From assembly GCA_963666275.2 (NCBI GenBank), contig CAXXOA010000001.1, positions 896,001 to 960,000 on the forward strand: DNA of 64,000 bases, given 5' to 3'. The notes under the pieces were generated by a model that saw nothing but the letters and a program-made list of their open reading frames with translations, did not search any database and was not told where the DNA came from. Position numbers and translations under genes: made by a program. Shown here in pieces: positions 1-8,506 of this stretch. Position 1 is the stretch's first letter, and every line of letters starts with the position of its first letter. The stretch comes from Oceanispirochaeta sp. Its GTDB lineage: Bacteria; Spirochaetota; Spirochaetia; DSM-2461.

Positions 1-88
1 GGATAAGTGTGGGGCCAATCCTTCTGGCATTCACTACAGGTCTATTCTCCACATCATTTAGATTCCTTGGTAAGGCCGTTTTTTTCAT
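1..88 (-). CDS. 5' end of a probable GH130-family glycosidase/phosphorylase (runs off window)
   Basis: Manual translation MKKTALPRNLNDVENRPVVNARRIGPTLI...; purine-rich RBS just after the GT4 stop. Family call rests on the usual GT4-GH130 linkage only. Confidence 0.4.
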   Translation of the reverse strand, partial: MKKTALPRNLNDVENRPVVNARRIGPTLI

Positions 89-101
89 ATTCCTGACTTC
101 C

Positions 102-2378
102 CTAAGATTTCAGTTTAAAACTGATAAGTTTGCTTTTTAAAAGATACATTTCTTCCTGAGAGAGGAGAAACGCCAAGGTCGATTCAGCCCCCTGATTCTG
201 GCTAAGTCTGTCTATGTGAAGCCCGTCTCTGCAGCCTCCGCTTTCAGGATCGTACATGGGCTGTTCCAGATCGTTCCTTCCTAAAAACCATTCAAAAACC
301 ATCCGGGCTTCTTCTGCCCAATAAATTTCTCCGGTTGTATTGAAAGCCTCAATACATGCTGAAATCGTAGCCTGGGCTTCAATAGGTTGCTGGTCGAAAA
401 GAGCTTTGTCCTTGCCCTTTGGATAGAATCCGTTTGATCCGATTGCATGAAAAACCCCATTATCGGATTTCTGTATGGACAGAAGCCAGGAAAGTGTTTC
501 TATTCCTTTATCTACGGCCTCCTTATTATTCATCTCTCTTCCGCTGCTGATCAGTGCGTGAGATAATTTTGCATTGACATAAGTGACCCCGTCCTCAAAC
601 CAGGGCCAGTCAGGGGATGCGGCATCATTCAGCCTCTGCATCAGCTTCTCCACCAGTTCAACCCTTATCAATTCCGCTCTGCGGTCTCCGCTGAATTGGT
701 GCAGATATTCATTTATACCAATAAGGGTAAAGGCCCAGGCCCGGGGTGATGTAAAACTGGTAACCACGGGTAAAGCGATTTCAAATAGACTGGCCGCCAG
801 GAGCTGAAAGCGCTTATGCCTTCTGTGGCCCATGGACATTCCCAATGCCCAAAGAGCCTGGCCGTGGCAGTCTTCTGAGCCTGGCTGGTCTATCCAATTT
901 CTATTGAAGTTCATGAAATTGCGGAATCGTTTGTTCGCGTGATCAAAGGCATGATTCAGAAAGGCTGCATAGACCACTGCCAGCTGATTGCTTTTATAAG
1001 TGCAGCGGCCTGTCCGTTGCAGAAGCAGTGTATATAGAAAGGCCCTGGCGTTGTCATCGGTACAATAGCCATGTTCAAAATTGGGAACTGTAAAGGATGC
1101 ATGCTGAAATATCCCTGTGGAATCACTTAAATTATAAAGATGATCAAGATTTAAAAGAGGCAATAAAGTAGGAAACTTATCCAGAGAAATTATGACCGAA
1201 GGTTGCCTGTTTTTTGAAGGATAGATGGAACAGGCTTCATCAAAGGTTTTCATATATTGCCTGGCAACAGAACTCCACGTCATGGTCCGTCCCAGTATAA
1301 AGGCGTCTTTTCTCATTTTATGCCGTTGGGATGAATGGGATAATAATTCAATGGCTGCATCCGAAATGGCCTTATAATCACAAAATGGCACCAGTAGTCC
1401 TCTGCCCTCGGCCAATAATTCACTGGCATGCCAGTAGGGCGTGGAAATAACAGCATTACCTGTACCAAAGGCGTATGCCAGGGTTCCTGAGGTGATTTGC
1501 GCTTCTGTCAGATAGGGTGTTAGGTATATATCGCTGGAACCGATAAAGCGTAGCAATTCATCCAATTCCACAAAGCGATTGATAAAAACAACGTTTTTTT
1601 GAATCTCAAGGTTTTTTGCCAACAATTCCAAACTGAGTCGGTAAAGCTCTCCGTCCTTCTTTAATAAATGGGGATGTGTCTGCCCTACTACAATGAATAC
1701 CGTATTGGGAAATTTCTCAAGAATCTGTGGCATGGCCTGCAGGCCGTATTCGATCCCCTTGTTGGGAGAGAGCAGGCCAAAGGTAAGAATAACCTGTTTC
1801 CCCGCCACGCCGAACTCATCCTTGAAATAATTGGGATCGGCAAAGGGAATATCGGGAATTCCGTGGGGGATCAGACTAATCATATCCTCCGATGCACCAT
1901 AGACGTTTTTCAGTATTTCCTTTCCCTTTAAGGTCATAACAATGAGCCGGGAGGATAATTGAATGATTTCAAGCATGACTTTCATCTGGTCGGGATTGGG
2001 AGATTCAAGCAGAGTATGGAGAGTGGTGGCTATAGGCATCTTCAATATATGCATAAGAGCCAGAATATGGCTTCCCGCATCACCGCCATAAATACCGAAT
2101 TCATGCTCTATGCAGACCATATCGACATTGGCCATATTCAGGAAATCAGCTGCCCTGAGATAGGAATTCAAATCCTGTTCCATGATTTCAAACCTTACTT
2201 CTTCAGGATAATCATAACCATCAGGAATATCGTTCACAGGAACGACAAGACATTTTTTTTCTGGGAACTCCTGTGATAGGGATGTACATAAATCCTTTGT
2301 GAAAGTTGCTATTCCGCACTTTCTCGGTAGATAATTGCCGATAACGGCGATTTTTTTAATCTCGGTATTTTGCTGCAA
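102..2378 (-). CDS. Glycosyltransferase family 4 protein with C-terminal six-hairpin-glycosidase-like domain
   Basis: GNYLPRKCGIATF, HEFGIYGG, FGLLSPNKG, QITSGTLAYA; C-terminal GYCTDDNARA, FDQQPIEA, NQGAESTL. Confidence 0.85.
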   Translation of the reverse strand: MQQNTEIKKIAVIGNYLPRKCGIATFTKDLCTSLSQEFPEKKCLVVPVNDIPDGYDYPEEVRFEIMEQDLNSYLRAADFLNMANVDMVCIEHEFGIYGGDAGSHILALMHILKMPIATTLHTLLESPNPDQMKVMLEIIQLSSRLIVMTLKGKEILKNVYGASEDMISLIPHGIPDIPFADPNYFKDEFGVAGKQVILTFGLLSPNKGIEYGLQAMPQILEKFPNTVFIVVGQTHPHLLKKDGELYRLSLELLAKNLEIQKNVVFINRFVELDELLRFIGSSDIYLTPYLTEAQITSGTLAYAFGTGNAVISTPYWHASELLAEGRGLLVPFCDYKAISDAAIELLSHSSQRHKMRKDAFILGRTMTWSSVARQYMKTFDEACSIYPSKNRQPSVIISLDKFPTLLPLLNLDHLYNLSDSTGIFQHASFTVPNFEHGYCTDDNARAFLYTLLLQRTGRCTYKSNQLAVVYAAFLNHAFDHANKRFRNFMNFNRNWIDQPGSEDCHGQALWALGMSMGHRRHKRFQLLAASLFEIALPVVTSFTSPRAWAFTLIGINEYLHQFSGDRRAELIRVELVEKLMQRLNDAASPDWPWFEDGVTYVNAKLSHALISSGREMNNKEAVDKGIETLSWLLSIQKSDNGVFHAIGSNGFYPKGKDKALFDQQPIEAQATISACIEAFNTTGEIYWAEEARMVFEWFLGRNDLEQPMYDPESGGCRDGLHIDRLSQNQGAESTLAFLLSQEEMYLLKSKLISFKLKS

Positions 2379-2493
2379 TGTTCACTCGATATGTGTCTGA
2401 GTTTCAGCAGAAACTCGCATAATATAAAGCAGGGCATATGAAAGGTTTAAGCATGTAGTTAATACTTACCTCTAAAATCAAGCGCAAGATAAG

Positions 2494-2520
2494 GATTATC
2501 TTTCTGTTTGAAGGATAATC
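2494..2520. terminator. Imperfect hairpin, possible terminator
   Basis: gattatctttc-tgttt-gaaggataatc. Confidence 0.35.
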
Positions 2521-2548
2521 ATTTCTTGTCTTCTTAATGTAAATATAC

Positions 2549-2650
2549 TCATTTAATCCTTAATGAACAAATCTTTCCTCCTATCCCAATGACCTCAATA
2601 ACGTTTCCACATATTTCACATCTGTAAATCTGTTTTTTTTCAGTAGTCAT
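2549..2650 (-). CDS. 33-aa desulforedoxin-like mini-protein or remnant (not in ORF track)
   Basis: GGAGG RBS; MTTEKKQIYRCEICGNVIEVIGIGGKICSLRIK has the YxCxxCGNVIEV motif but no C-terminal CC. Confidence 0.6.
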   Translation of the reverse strand: MTTEKKQIYRCEICGNVIEVIGIGGKICSLRIK

Positions 2651-2701
2651 TTTAATCCTCCAGGATTTTTATCATTGATTCCAGCCTGATCGGGAGCGAA
2701 A

Positions 2702-3454
2702 TCAGGTTGTTACTTTCTCGACCCAGTAACCCACGCGATTGTAATGACCATGCAGTTTCCCCTCATAATCCCGTGAAAGCATCTTTTTCCCGGTGTATTC
2801 AGGCGACTCTTTAACGGTCTCACGGTTAAGATTAACAATAACCTTCATTTCATCCCAACTGACCCGTTCTATCCATTTTGGAGAAATCAGCACTTTCCTA
2901 CCGGGCAACCAATTTCGTGTATCCACTACCAGATAACGGATTTTCCAGGTCTCATCATGTAGAATGTAGTCTTCCACATGACCTATTTCTCCGTCCTTAG
3001 CCTGAATGTGATATCCCTGTACCGCGTAGTAACTGCGTAAATGTGGGTTCCAGGATTTTCCCGCCCTATTTTTTGACCCTATTTCTGGGTGAGGAACCAT
3101 GAAAGACTCATTACCCCAGGTGTATGATCCGTACCAATATACAGGCCATCCGTAGTACTCGTAGTAGGATTCTTCGAATTGCTGTGAGACCGGCTTATCG
3201 TTCTCCAACGAGGGACTGCCCTCAATTTGTTTCTTCGTCAAATCGACGGCTACCTGACGCTTGTCCTCATTCATGGACAGCAATGCATAGGGTGAGATTA
3301 ATACACGTCTTTCCTTCAGCCAGTTTCCGGTATCTACCACCAAATAACGGACGGCCCAGTGCCGGTCATCAAAATAGAACTCCTTAACCTTTCCTATTTC
3401 TCCATCTCGGCTTTGTAATGTGTAACCTGTCAAATCTTTTACAGTTGTCAACAT
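2702..3454 (-). CDS. Tandem PRC-barrel domain protein
   Basis: Two DGEIGxV...W.(V/I)RYLVVDT.NWL repeats; start moved to ATG 3454 behind GGAGGT. Confidence 0.85.
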   Translation of the reverse strand: MLTTVKDLTGYTLQSRDGEIGKVKEFYFDDRHWAVRYLVVDTGNWLKERRVLISPYALLSMNEDKRQVAVDLTKKQIEGSPSLENDKPVSQQFEESYYEYYGWPVYWYGSYTWGNESFMVPHPEIGSKNRAGKSWNPHLRSYYAVQGYHIQAKDGEIGHVEDYILHDETWKIRYLVVDTRNWLPGRKVLISPKWIERVSWDEMKVIVNLNRETVKESPEYTGKKMLSRDYEGKLHGHYNRVGYWVEKVTT

Positions 3455-3549
3455 AAAGCGATACCTCCAATTAGTTAGTATTACGATAATGAATATCAGA
3501 GGGTTCGTCTGTTCGATAGCGCACACTGAAGGATGTTTTACATAAGAAA

Positions 3550-4068
3550 ATGTCCGGCATGGGGATCGATAAAAAAAATATCCGCCGGGTCATACACTTT
3601 GATCTGCCGAAATCCATTGAAAACTACAGTCAGGAGATCGGCCGGGCCGGACGGGACGGGCAGAAGTCTCTCTGCCGGGTTTACAGTGATATAAGCAATC
3701 TTTCTGTGCTGGAAAATTTTGTCTATGGGGATACTCCCGACAGACAGGCCGTCCGGAGGATCCTTTCTAGGATCAGAGAGTGTGACAAACTATGGGAAGT
3801 CAAACTCTCCGAGTTAAGTCGGGATTCCAATATACGGACTCTGCCTCGGCTGGATGAAAAAGGAGTGGCCGGACTGCTTGAACAGTTCCTGCCCCTGTCC
3901 GGGCAGGAGAGAACCTCTGCCAATCTGGCTAAATTCCTCTGCGGCATCAATATGCCCTTTTTTACCTCTATCAGAGCAAAAACTCTGGGAGGTTTCGGGA
4001 GTCTTGAGAAATATCCCTTCGCACAGGTCCGGGATTTTCTGGAGGAGACTCCCTTCTGGAAGGAGTGA
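3550..4068 (+). pseudogene. recQ: RecQ helicase C-terminal remnant
   Basis: Begins at helicase motif V (GMGIDK) and VI ([10 protein letters not shown]); no Walker A/DEAH domain upstream. Confidence 0.8.
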
Positions 4069-4075
4069 TGGAGAG

Positions 4076-4594
4076 TTACAGATACCTGACGATCTGATCC
4101 AGATCTTTTCTTCTGCTGTTGCCTGCAGGTTTCCCCGAATCGGCAGGATACCCCAGGGGGGTGATGGCAAAGACTCTCTCGTCTTCAGAAAGATCCAGAG
4201 CCTCTGTCAGCTTGAAAGGATCGAAGGCGGCAATCCAGCAGGTTCCAATGCCCTGTTCTGCCGCTGCCAGAATCATATGATCCATGGCTATGGTCAGATC
4301 GGTTTCCAGGGAACGGTAACCGTCGGCCTGCCTCTGCCAGCAGTGGCTGTAGGATCCTTTCACAACAAGCACTGCCGGAGCCTGGGCAAGCCAGTTTCTG
4401 GGATAGGACTCTTGGACTTTTGCCAGATACTCCCGGGATTCTATGATCAGAAATTCCCAGGGCTGCTGATTGTTGGCAGAAGGGGCGGCCTGTCCCGCCT
4501 GGAGAATATATTCTATCACTTCCCGTGGAATCTTCCGTTCTGAGTCAAAAGCTCTTATGCTTCGTCTGTTTTTTACTAAATCAAGAAATTTCAT
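4076..4594 (-). CDS. Nitroreductase family protein
   Basis: RRSIRAF, APSANNQQPW, GIGTCWI. Confidence 0.9.
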   Translation of the reverse strand: MKFLDLVKNRRSIRAFDSERKIPREVIEYILQAGQAAPSANNQQPWEFLIIESREYLAKVQESYPRNWLAQAPAVLVVKGSYSHCWQRQADGYRSLETDLTIAMDHMILAAAEQGIGTCWIAAFDPFKLTEALDLSEDERVFAITPLGYPADSGKPAGNSRRKDLDQIVRYL

Positions 4595-4686
4595 AGCTCT
4601 TACTCCCGTGATGTCTATTATTTACCACCCCTATTGTAACAGGTTCTGTTTTTACGATGCAATTGCCGGCTGTTTCCGGGGCTGTC

Positions 4687-7158
4687 TCAGTATTCCAGAA
4701 ACTTCCCGTATTCGGACAGTTCCTCCGGAACAGAACGGCTCTTTTTCTCAAACTTGATGAGCCGGGATTTCAGTTTCAGTATTTCCTTCTGCTGCCTGTT
4801 CTGATAGCGGTTCTCCAGAATTTTAAAATCCGGTTTCAGGGCCATTTCATTCCGTTTTTTCAGAGGGAAGGGGCAGAACCTGTAGAAAATCTCCCGGGCA
4901 AAGCTGTTCAGACGGATTTTCCCCTCATATTCAAACTGAACCCAGGAGATGTAGTCCCTGGCAAAGCGGTCGTCATCGGATTTTGTTTTTTTGATAAACT
5001 CTTCCAGCCGCTTTTTGGCTTCAAGGGTAATATTGGGATTTTTTCTATAGTAGCGTATATAGTCGTAATACACCCCCACCAGTCCTCCCTCTACAGGGTC
5101 GGTCCAGTTGTAACCGGCAATGGTTTTCTGAAGCTCCCATCTGTATTTAGCCAGCTGGTAAAGAAGATTCTCCTCGATTTTCTCTGCAAAGAGGCAGGGA
5201 AAAAAGAGGCGTCCCGGGGTCTGCTTGCTGTTTCCCTCCATCTCCTGCCACATCACGGATCTTGTTCCGAAAACAGGGTATAAAATGAAATTGGGAATGA
5301 TCTCTTTTTTAATAAAATCCGCACCCAGATCATGTTTGAAAAGGACCTCCCTGTAGAAAAGGGAGAAGTCTCTGGACTTGCAGAACAGAACCGACTGGGC
5401 GATCCTGTCGGGATCCAGGAAGAGCCGGGAGATGCTTCCCGAAAGGATCTGGCTGCACAGGAAGGGAAGGGTTTTCACCCTGTTTCCATTCAGTACCGTA
5501 GATATATCGCCGGCAATCTTTCTCAATTCAAAGCGGACCCGGTCTTCGGGGGTATCTTCATAGATATAGGCTGCCTTTTTCTCCCGGGGAGTGAGCTTTT
5601 TCTGGGCCTGGAGCAAAGTGGAAAAAAGATCGCCCATACCGGTCATACTGGGAGAGACCTCACCTTTGTAGATTTTCTCAAGAAAGTAGGGCAGGGTCAT
5701 GACAGGTATTTCGTAATCCACAAAAAGAGTGCCCGCATAGAGCCTGTCAATCTCCAGGAGCTCCTTTTCGGTCAGAAGCCTTTCGTCCACAACGCCGAAA
5801 TGGAGCATGATTCCGGGAATAAAACCCTTAAGATCTGAATCGATGACCTTAAGAAAGCAGCTTTCATAGAGCTGCCAGTACATCTTGCCAAGCTTCTCCC
5901 GCAGGGCGTTCAATTCGGGAATATTTTCAAACTGATTCTCCCTGGCCAGGAAGATCTCCATTGATTCTGTAAACTCATTCCTGAACGAATCATCGAGGGG
6001 GGAGAAGTCCAGGATCCTCCGGAGAAGGCCTTTGTACTTCTTCAGCCGTTTGGCCTTCTCTTCCGACTCGGCAGAAGGAGCGGCTGCCCCAGAGACACTG
6101 TCTTCCCTTGGCTCCTGAAAGCTTGTGTATTTTTTCAAGACAGAAAATATTTTGTAGTCCCTGAAGATATCTCTGCCCAGCAGTATCTGTGTATCCTTCC
6201 GGCATCTCCAGCTGAATTTGGAAAGGAAATGCATGAAATTGTTTTTTCTCAGTTCCTCCCTGTCGGGAATCCTGAGGGCGGATACGGCCCATCCCTCATC
6301 GGAGAAGACTTTTTCTATAAGATCATGAATGCTGCCGCTGATGGCAATCGATGCTTCTGTTATGGTGGCTATAGTCTGTTTCAGAAAGGTGAAGATGTAG
6401 TTATTGGTTGGTTCATCTTTTTCAAAAAGGGCATTCAGGATTTTATCGGGTTTACTGAGAATCCTTTTTATAAACAGAAACTGTTTATAGTCGAAAAGAT
6501 CCTCCAGGCGGATCCTGTCCTGTTCTTCATAGAGATTCAGCTGATCCTGGATCGTTCCCAGAAAGAGATTGTACTCCCACGGAGCGGGACGCCTGTCTTC
6601 TTCAAGTTCTGATTTCAGAAATCCCGAATACTCGAACAGGCTGCCCGATTCCCTTGTAATTCTCTGTTCCGAATAGATCGTATCCGATGGGATCCCCAGG
6701 GCAATCGTATCAGCGATGGAGGCATACTTGTGCCAGAGGTATTTGTAGTTGGTATAGAGATAGAGGGCTGACTCGATACGGCTGCACATGGACCTGAGAA
6801 CCCTCAGGTTCAGGGCCTTATTCTCCTGCAGATAGACCTGCATGGAGGCTTCATCCTGAGGGAGGGCGGTGACGAGGCATTCCGAAACTGTCCGGAAAGA
6901 TCTCAAACTGACCGAGTCTTCATTGAAAAGCCCTCCCAGTCCGATAACCGCATCGCCCTTTATCAGTCCGAAACGAAGACTTTTTCCGAGTATCTCTTCG
7001 TCAGAATCTCCATCCGAAAGCTGTGATGTATGAAGAGCTTCTACCATTCCCGATTCAATAATGATCAGAGACCGGCATGTCTCTCCCTGTATAAGAATTG
7101 TCGTTCCCGGGGGAATGGCACTCTTGCTGTGTTTTTCAGATAAATCCAGTTTTTTCAT
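4687..7158 (-). CDS. Large protein with degenerate N-terminal cyclic-nucleotide-binding domain and unknown C-terminal region
   Basis: PGTTILIQGE..SLIIIESGMVE cNMP-like start; 823 aa; no HTH seen. Confidence 0.65.
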   Translation of the reverse strand: MKKLDLSEKHSKSAIPPGTTILIQGETCRSLIIIESGMVEALHTSQLSDGDSDEEILGKSLRFGLIKGDAVIGLGGLFNEDSVSLRSFRTVSECLVTALPQDEASMQVYLQENKALNLRVLRSMCSRIESALYLYTNYKYLWHKYASIADTIALGIPSDTIYSEQRITRESGSLFEYSGFLKSELEEDRRPAPWEYNLFLGTIQDQLNLYEEQDRIRLEDLFDYKQFLFIKRILSKPDKILNALFEKDEPTNNYIFTFLKQTIATITEASIAISGSIHDLIEKVFSDEGWAVSALRIPDREELRKNNFMHFLSKFSWRCRKDTQILLGRDIFRDYKIFSVLKKYTSFQEPREDSVSGAAAPSAESEEKAKRLKKYKGLLRRILDFSPLDDSFRNEFTESMEIFLARENQFENIPELNALREKLGKMYWQLYESCFLKVIDSDLKGFIPGIMLHFGVVDERLLTEKELLEIDRLYAGTLFVDYEIPVMTLPYFLEKIYKGEVSPSMTGMGDLFSTLLQAQKKLTPREKKAAYIYEDTPEDRVRFELRKIAGDISTVLNGNRVKTLPFLCSQILSGSISRLFLDPDRIAQSVLFCKSRDFSLFYREVLFKHDLGADFIKKEIIPNFILYPVFGTRSVMWQEMEGNSKQTPGRLFFPCLFAEKIEENLLYQLAKYRWELQKTIAGYNWTDPVEGGLVGVYYDYIRYYRKNPNITLEAKKRLEEFIKKTKSDDDRFARDYISWVQFEYEGKIRLNSFAREIFYRFCPFPLKKRNEMALKPDFKILENRYQNRQQKEILKLKSRLIKFEKKSRSVPEELSEYGKFLEY

Positions 7159-7310
7159 ATTGGTACGCCTGTATTATAGTTCATTCCACTCTTTTTTTGA
7201 AGTTGCCGGGAAAACATCCGTCAGCTGCACAGATGAAAAAGTTCCCCCCATAAAGGATCCGCCGGGGATTGTTGAACAGTGAAACAGTCAGGGATCCGAG
7301 TCCTTTTTCC

Positions 7311-7372
7311 CTGTGTCAGATTTACACAGTCGGATCTCATCTTTTACAGAAAACTGTGTCTTCATTCCACAG
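7311..7372. promoter_or_regulatory. Two palindromic enhancer-like sites for a sigma54 activator
   Basis: CTGTGT-N7-ACACAG (7311-7329) and CTGTGT-N7-CCACAG (7354-7372), both TGT-N11-ACA, 43 bp apart. Confidence 0.6.
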
Positions 7373-7480
7373 CTTTTAGCGGATTTTTGTGCGAAGATGA
7401 TCTCCTTTTTCAGCTTTTAGTATTTTTTAAATTGTTTATACATAACAAGATAATGCATTTGTTTTGTTTGTTTTTGAATT

Positions 7481-7496
7481 TGGCACAGAATCTGCA
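7481..7496 (+). promoter_or_regulatory. sigma54 -24/-12 promoter of the hsp20 pair
   Basis: TGGCACAGAATCTGCA (GG-N10-GC), about 40 bp upstream of ATG 7536. Confidence 0.75.
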
Positions 7497-7535
7497 TATA
7501 TATTTTCAGATAACAATACAATCGGAGGTGTTGAT

Positions 7536-7994
7536 ATGGCTATTGTTAAATGGAAAAACAGGGATGTCTATGACCCCTGGCAGCAGTTTAAGAGCTTGCA
7601 GGATGAAATCAACGATCTGTTCGACTTGAACCGTACTTCTCCTTCAACAGGGTTGTTTGACAGAAATATTTCTCCTGCCATGGATGTCATTGAGGGGGAA
7701 GGGAATTTTACCCTTCGCTGTGAACTGCCCGGACTGTCGGAAAAAGATGTGGATGTTTCCTATGCCGCAGGAGTGCTGACGATCCGGGGCGAAAAGAAAG
7801 ACTCCAGAGAAGCAGAAAAAGAGAACTACTATAAAAAAGAGTCCTGGAGCGGAAGTTTTCAGAGAACCCTTTCTGTGCCCGGTTCCGTGGATCCTTCTGA
7901 AATATCAGCTGTCATGAAAGATGGCATTCTGACTGTGGTTCTTCCCAAAAAAGAAGAGGCGAAAACAAAGTCCATTCAGGTAAAGGTCCAGTAG
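7536..7994 (+). CDS. Hsp20/alpha-crystallin small heat-shock protein
   Basis: PAMDV, ELPG, GVLTIRGEK, GSFQR, KDGILTVVLPK; start at ATG 7536 after GGAGGT. Confidence 0.92.
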   Translation: MAIVKWKNRDVYDPWQQFKSLQDEINDLFDLNRTSPSTGLFDRNISPAMDVIEGEGNFTLRCELPGLSEKDVDVSYAAGVLTIRGEKKDSREAEKENYYKKESWSGSFQRTLSVPGSVDPSEISAVMKDGILTVVLPKKEEAKTKSIQVKVQ

Positions 7995-8004
7995 GAGGTG
8001 TGTG

Positions 8005-8352
8005 ATGAACAGCAAAGGAAATGAAAGGAAACTTCTGGCGCCCTGTGATATCTACAAGGACGAGGAAAAGATTGTTTTGCGGATGGAGATGCCCGGTGTG
8101 ACCAGAGAGGGACTGTCCATTCAGGTGGAAGGAAATCTGCTGATTGTGGAGGGACAGAAAGAGAACCCTCATACTGAAGGGGAGTATCGGGTCAGGGAAA
8201 TCCTGCAGGGAAATTACTATCATGAGATAACCCTGGATAACACGATCGACCGCAACAGCATCGATGCAAAACTGGAGAAAGGGATACTGATCCTTGAAAT
8301 GAAACTACAGGAATCACAAAAACCCCGAAAAATCACAGTAAAAGCCAGCTAG
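8005..8352 (+). CDS. Second Hsp20 family protein
   Basis: PCDIY, EMPGV, AKLEKGIL, PRKITV. Confidence 0.9.
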   Translation: MNSKGNERKLLAPCDIYKDEEKIVLRMEMPGVTREGLSIQVEGNLLIVEGQKENPHTEGEYRVREILQGNYYHEITLDNTIDRNSIDAKLEKGILILEMKLQESQKPRKITVKAS

Positions 8353-8359
8353 CGTCAAT

Positions 8360-8385
8360 GGCCGGGTTCTCCCGGCCTTTAATTT
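8360..8385 (+). terminator. Intrinsic terminator after hsp20 pair
   Basis: ggccggg-ttct-cccggcc-tttaattt. Confidence 0.7.
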
Positions 8386-8506
8386 AGAAATAATTGGTTA
8401 TTTCAGAAAAAAATAATTTCATACTTTGATAAAAGTGGAAAAAAATAGGGTAACCTAGCCCCGGGAACGTTTGTTTTATAATTAAATATGAATCATGAGG
8501 TGAGTC

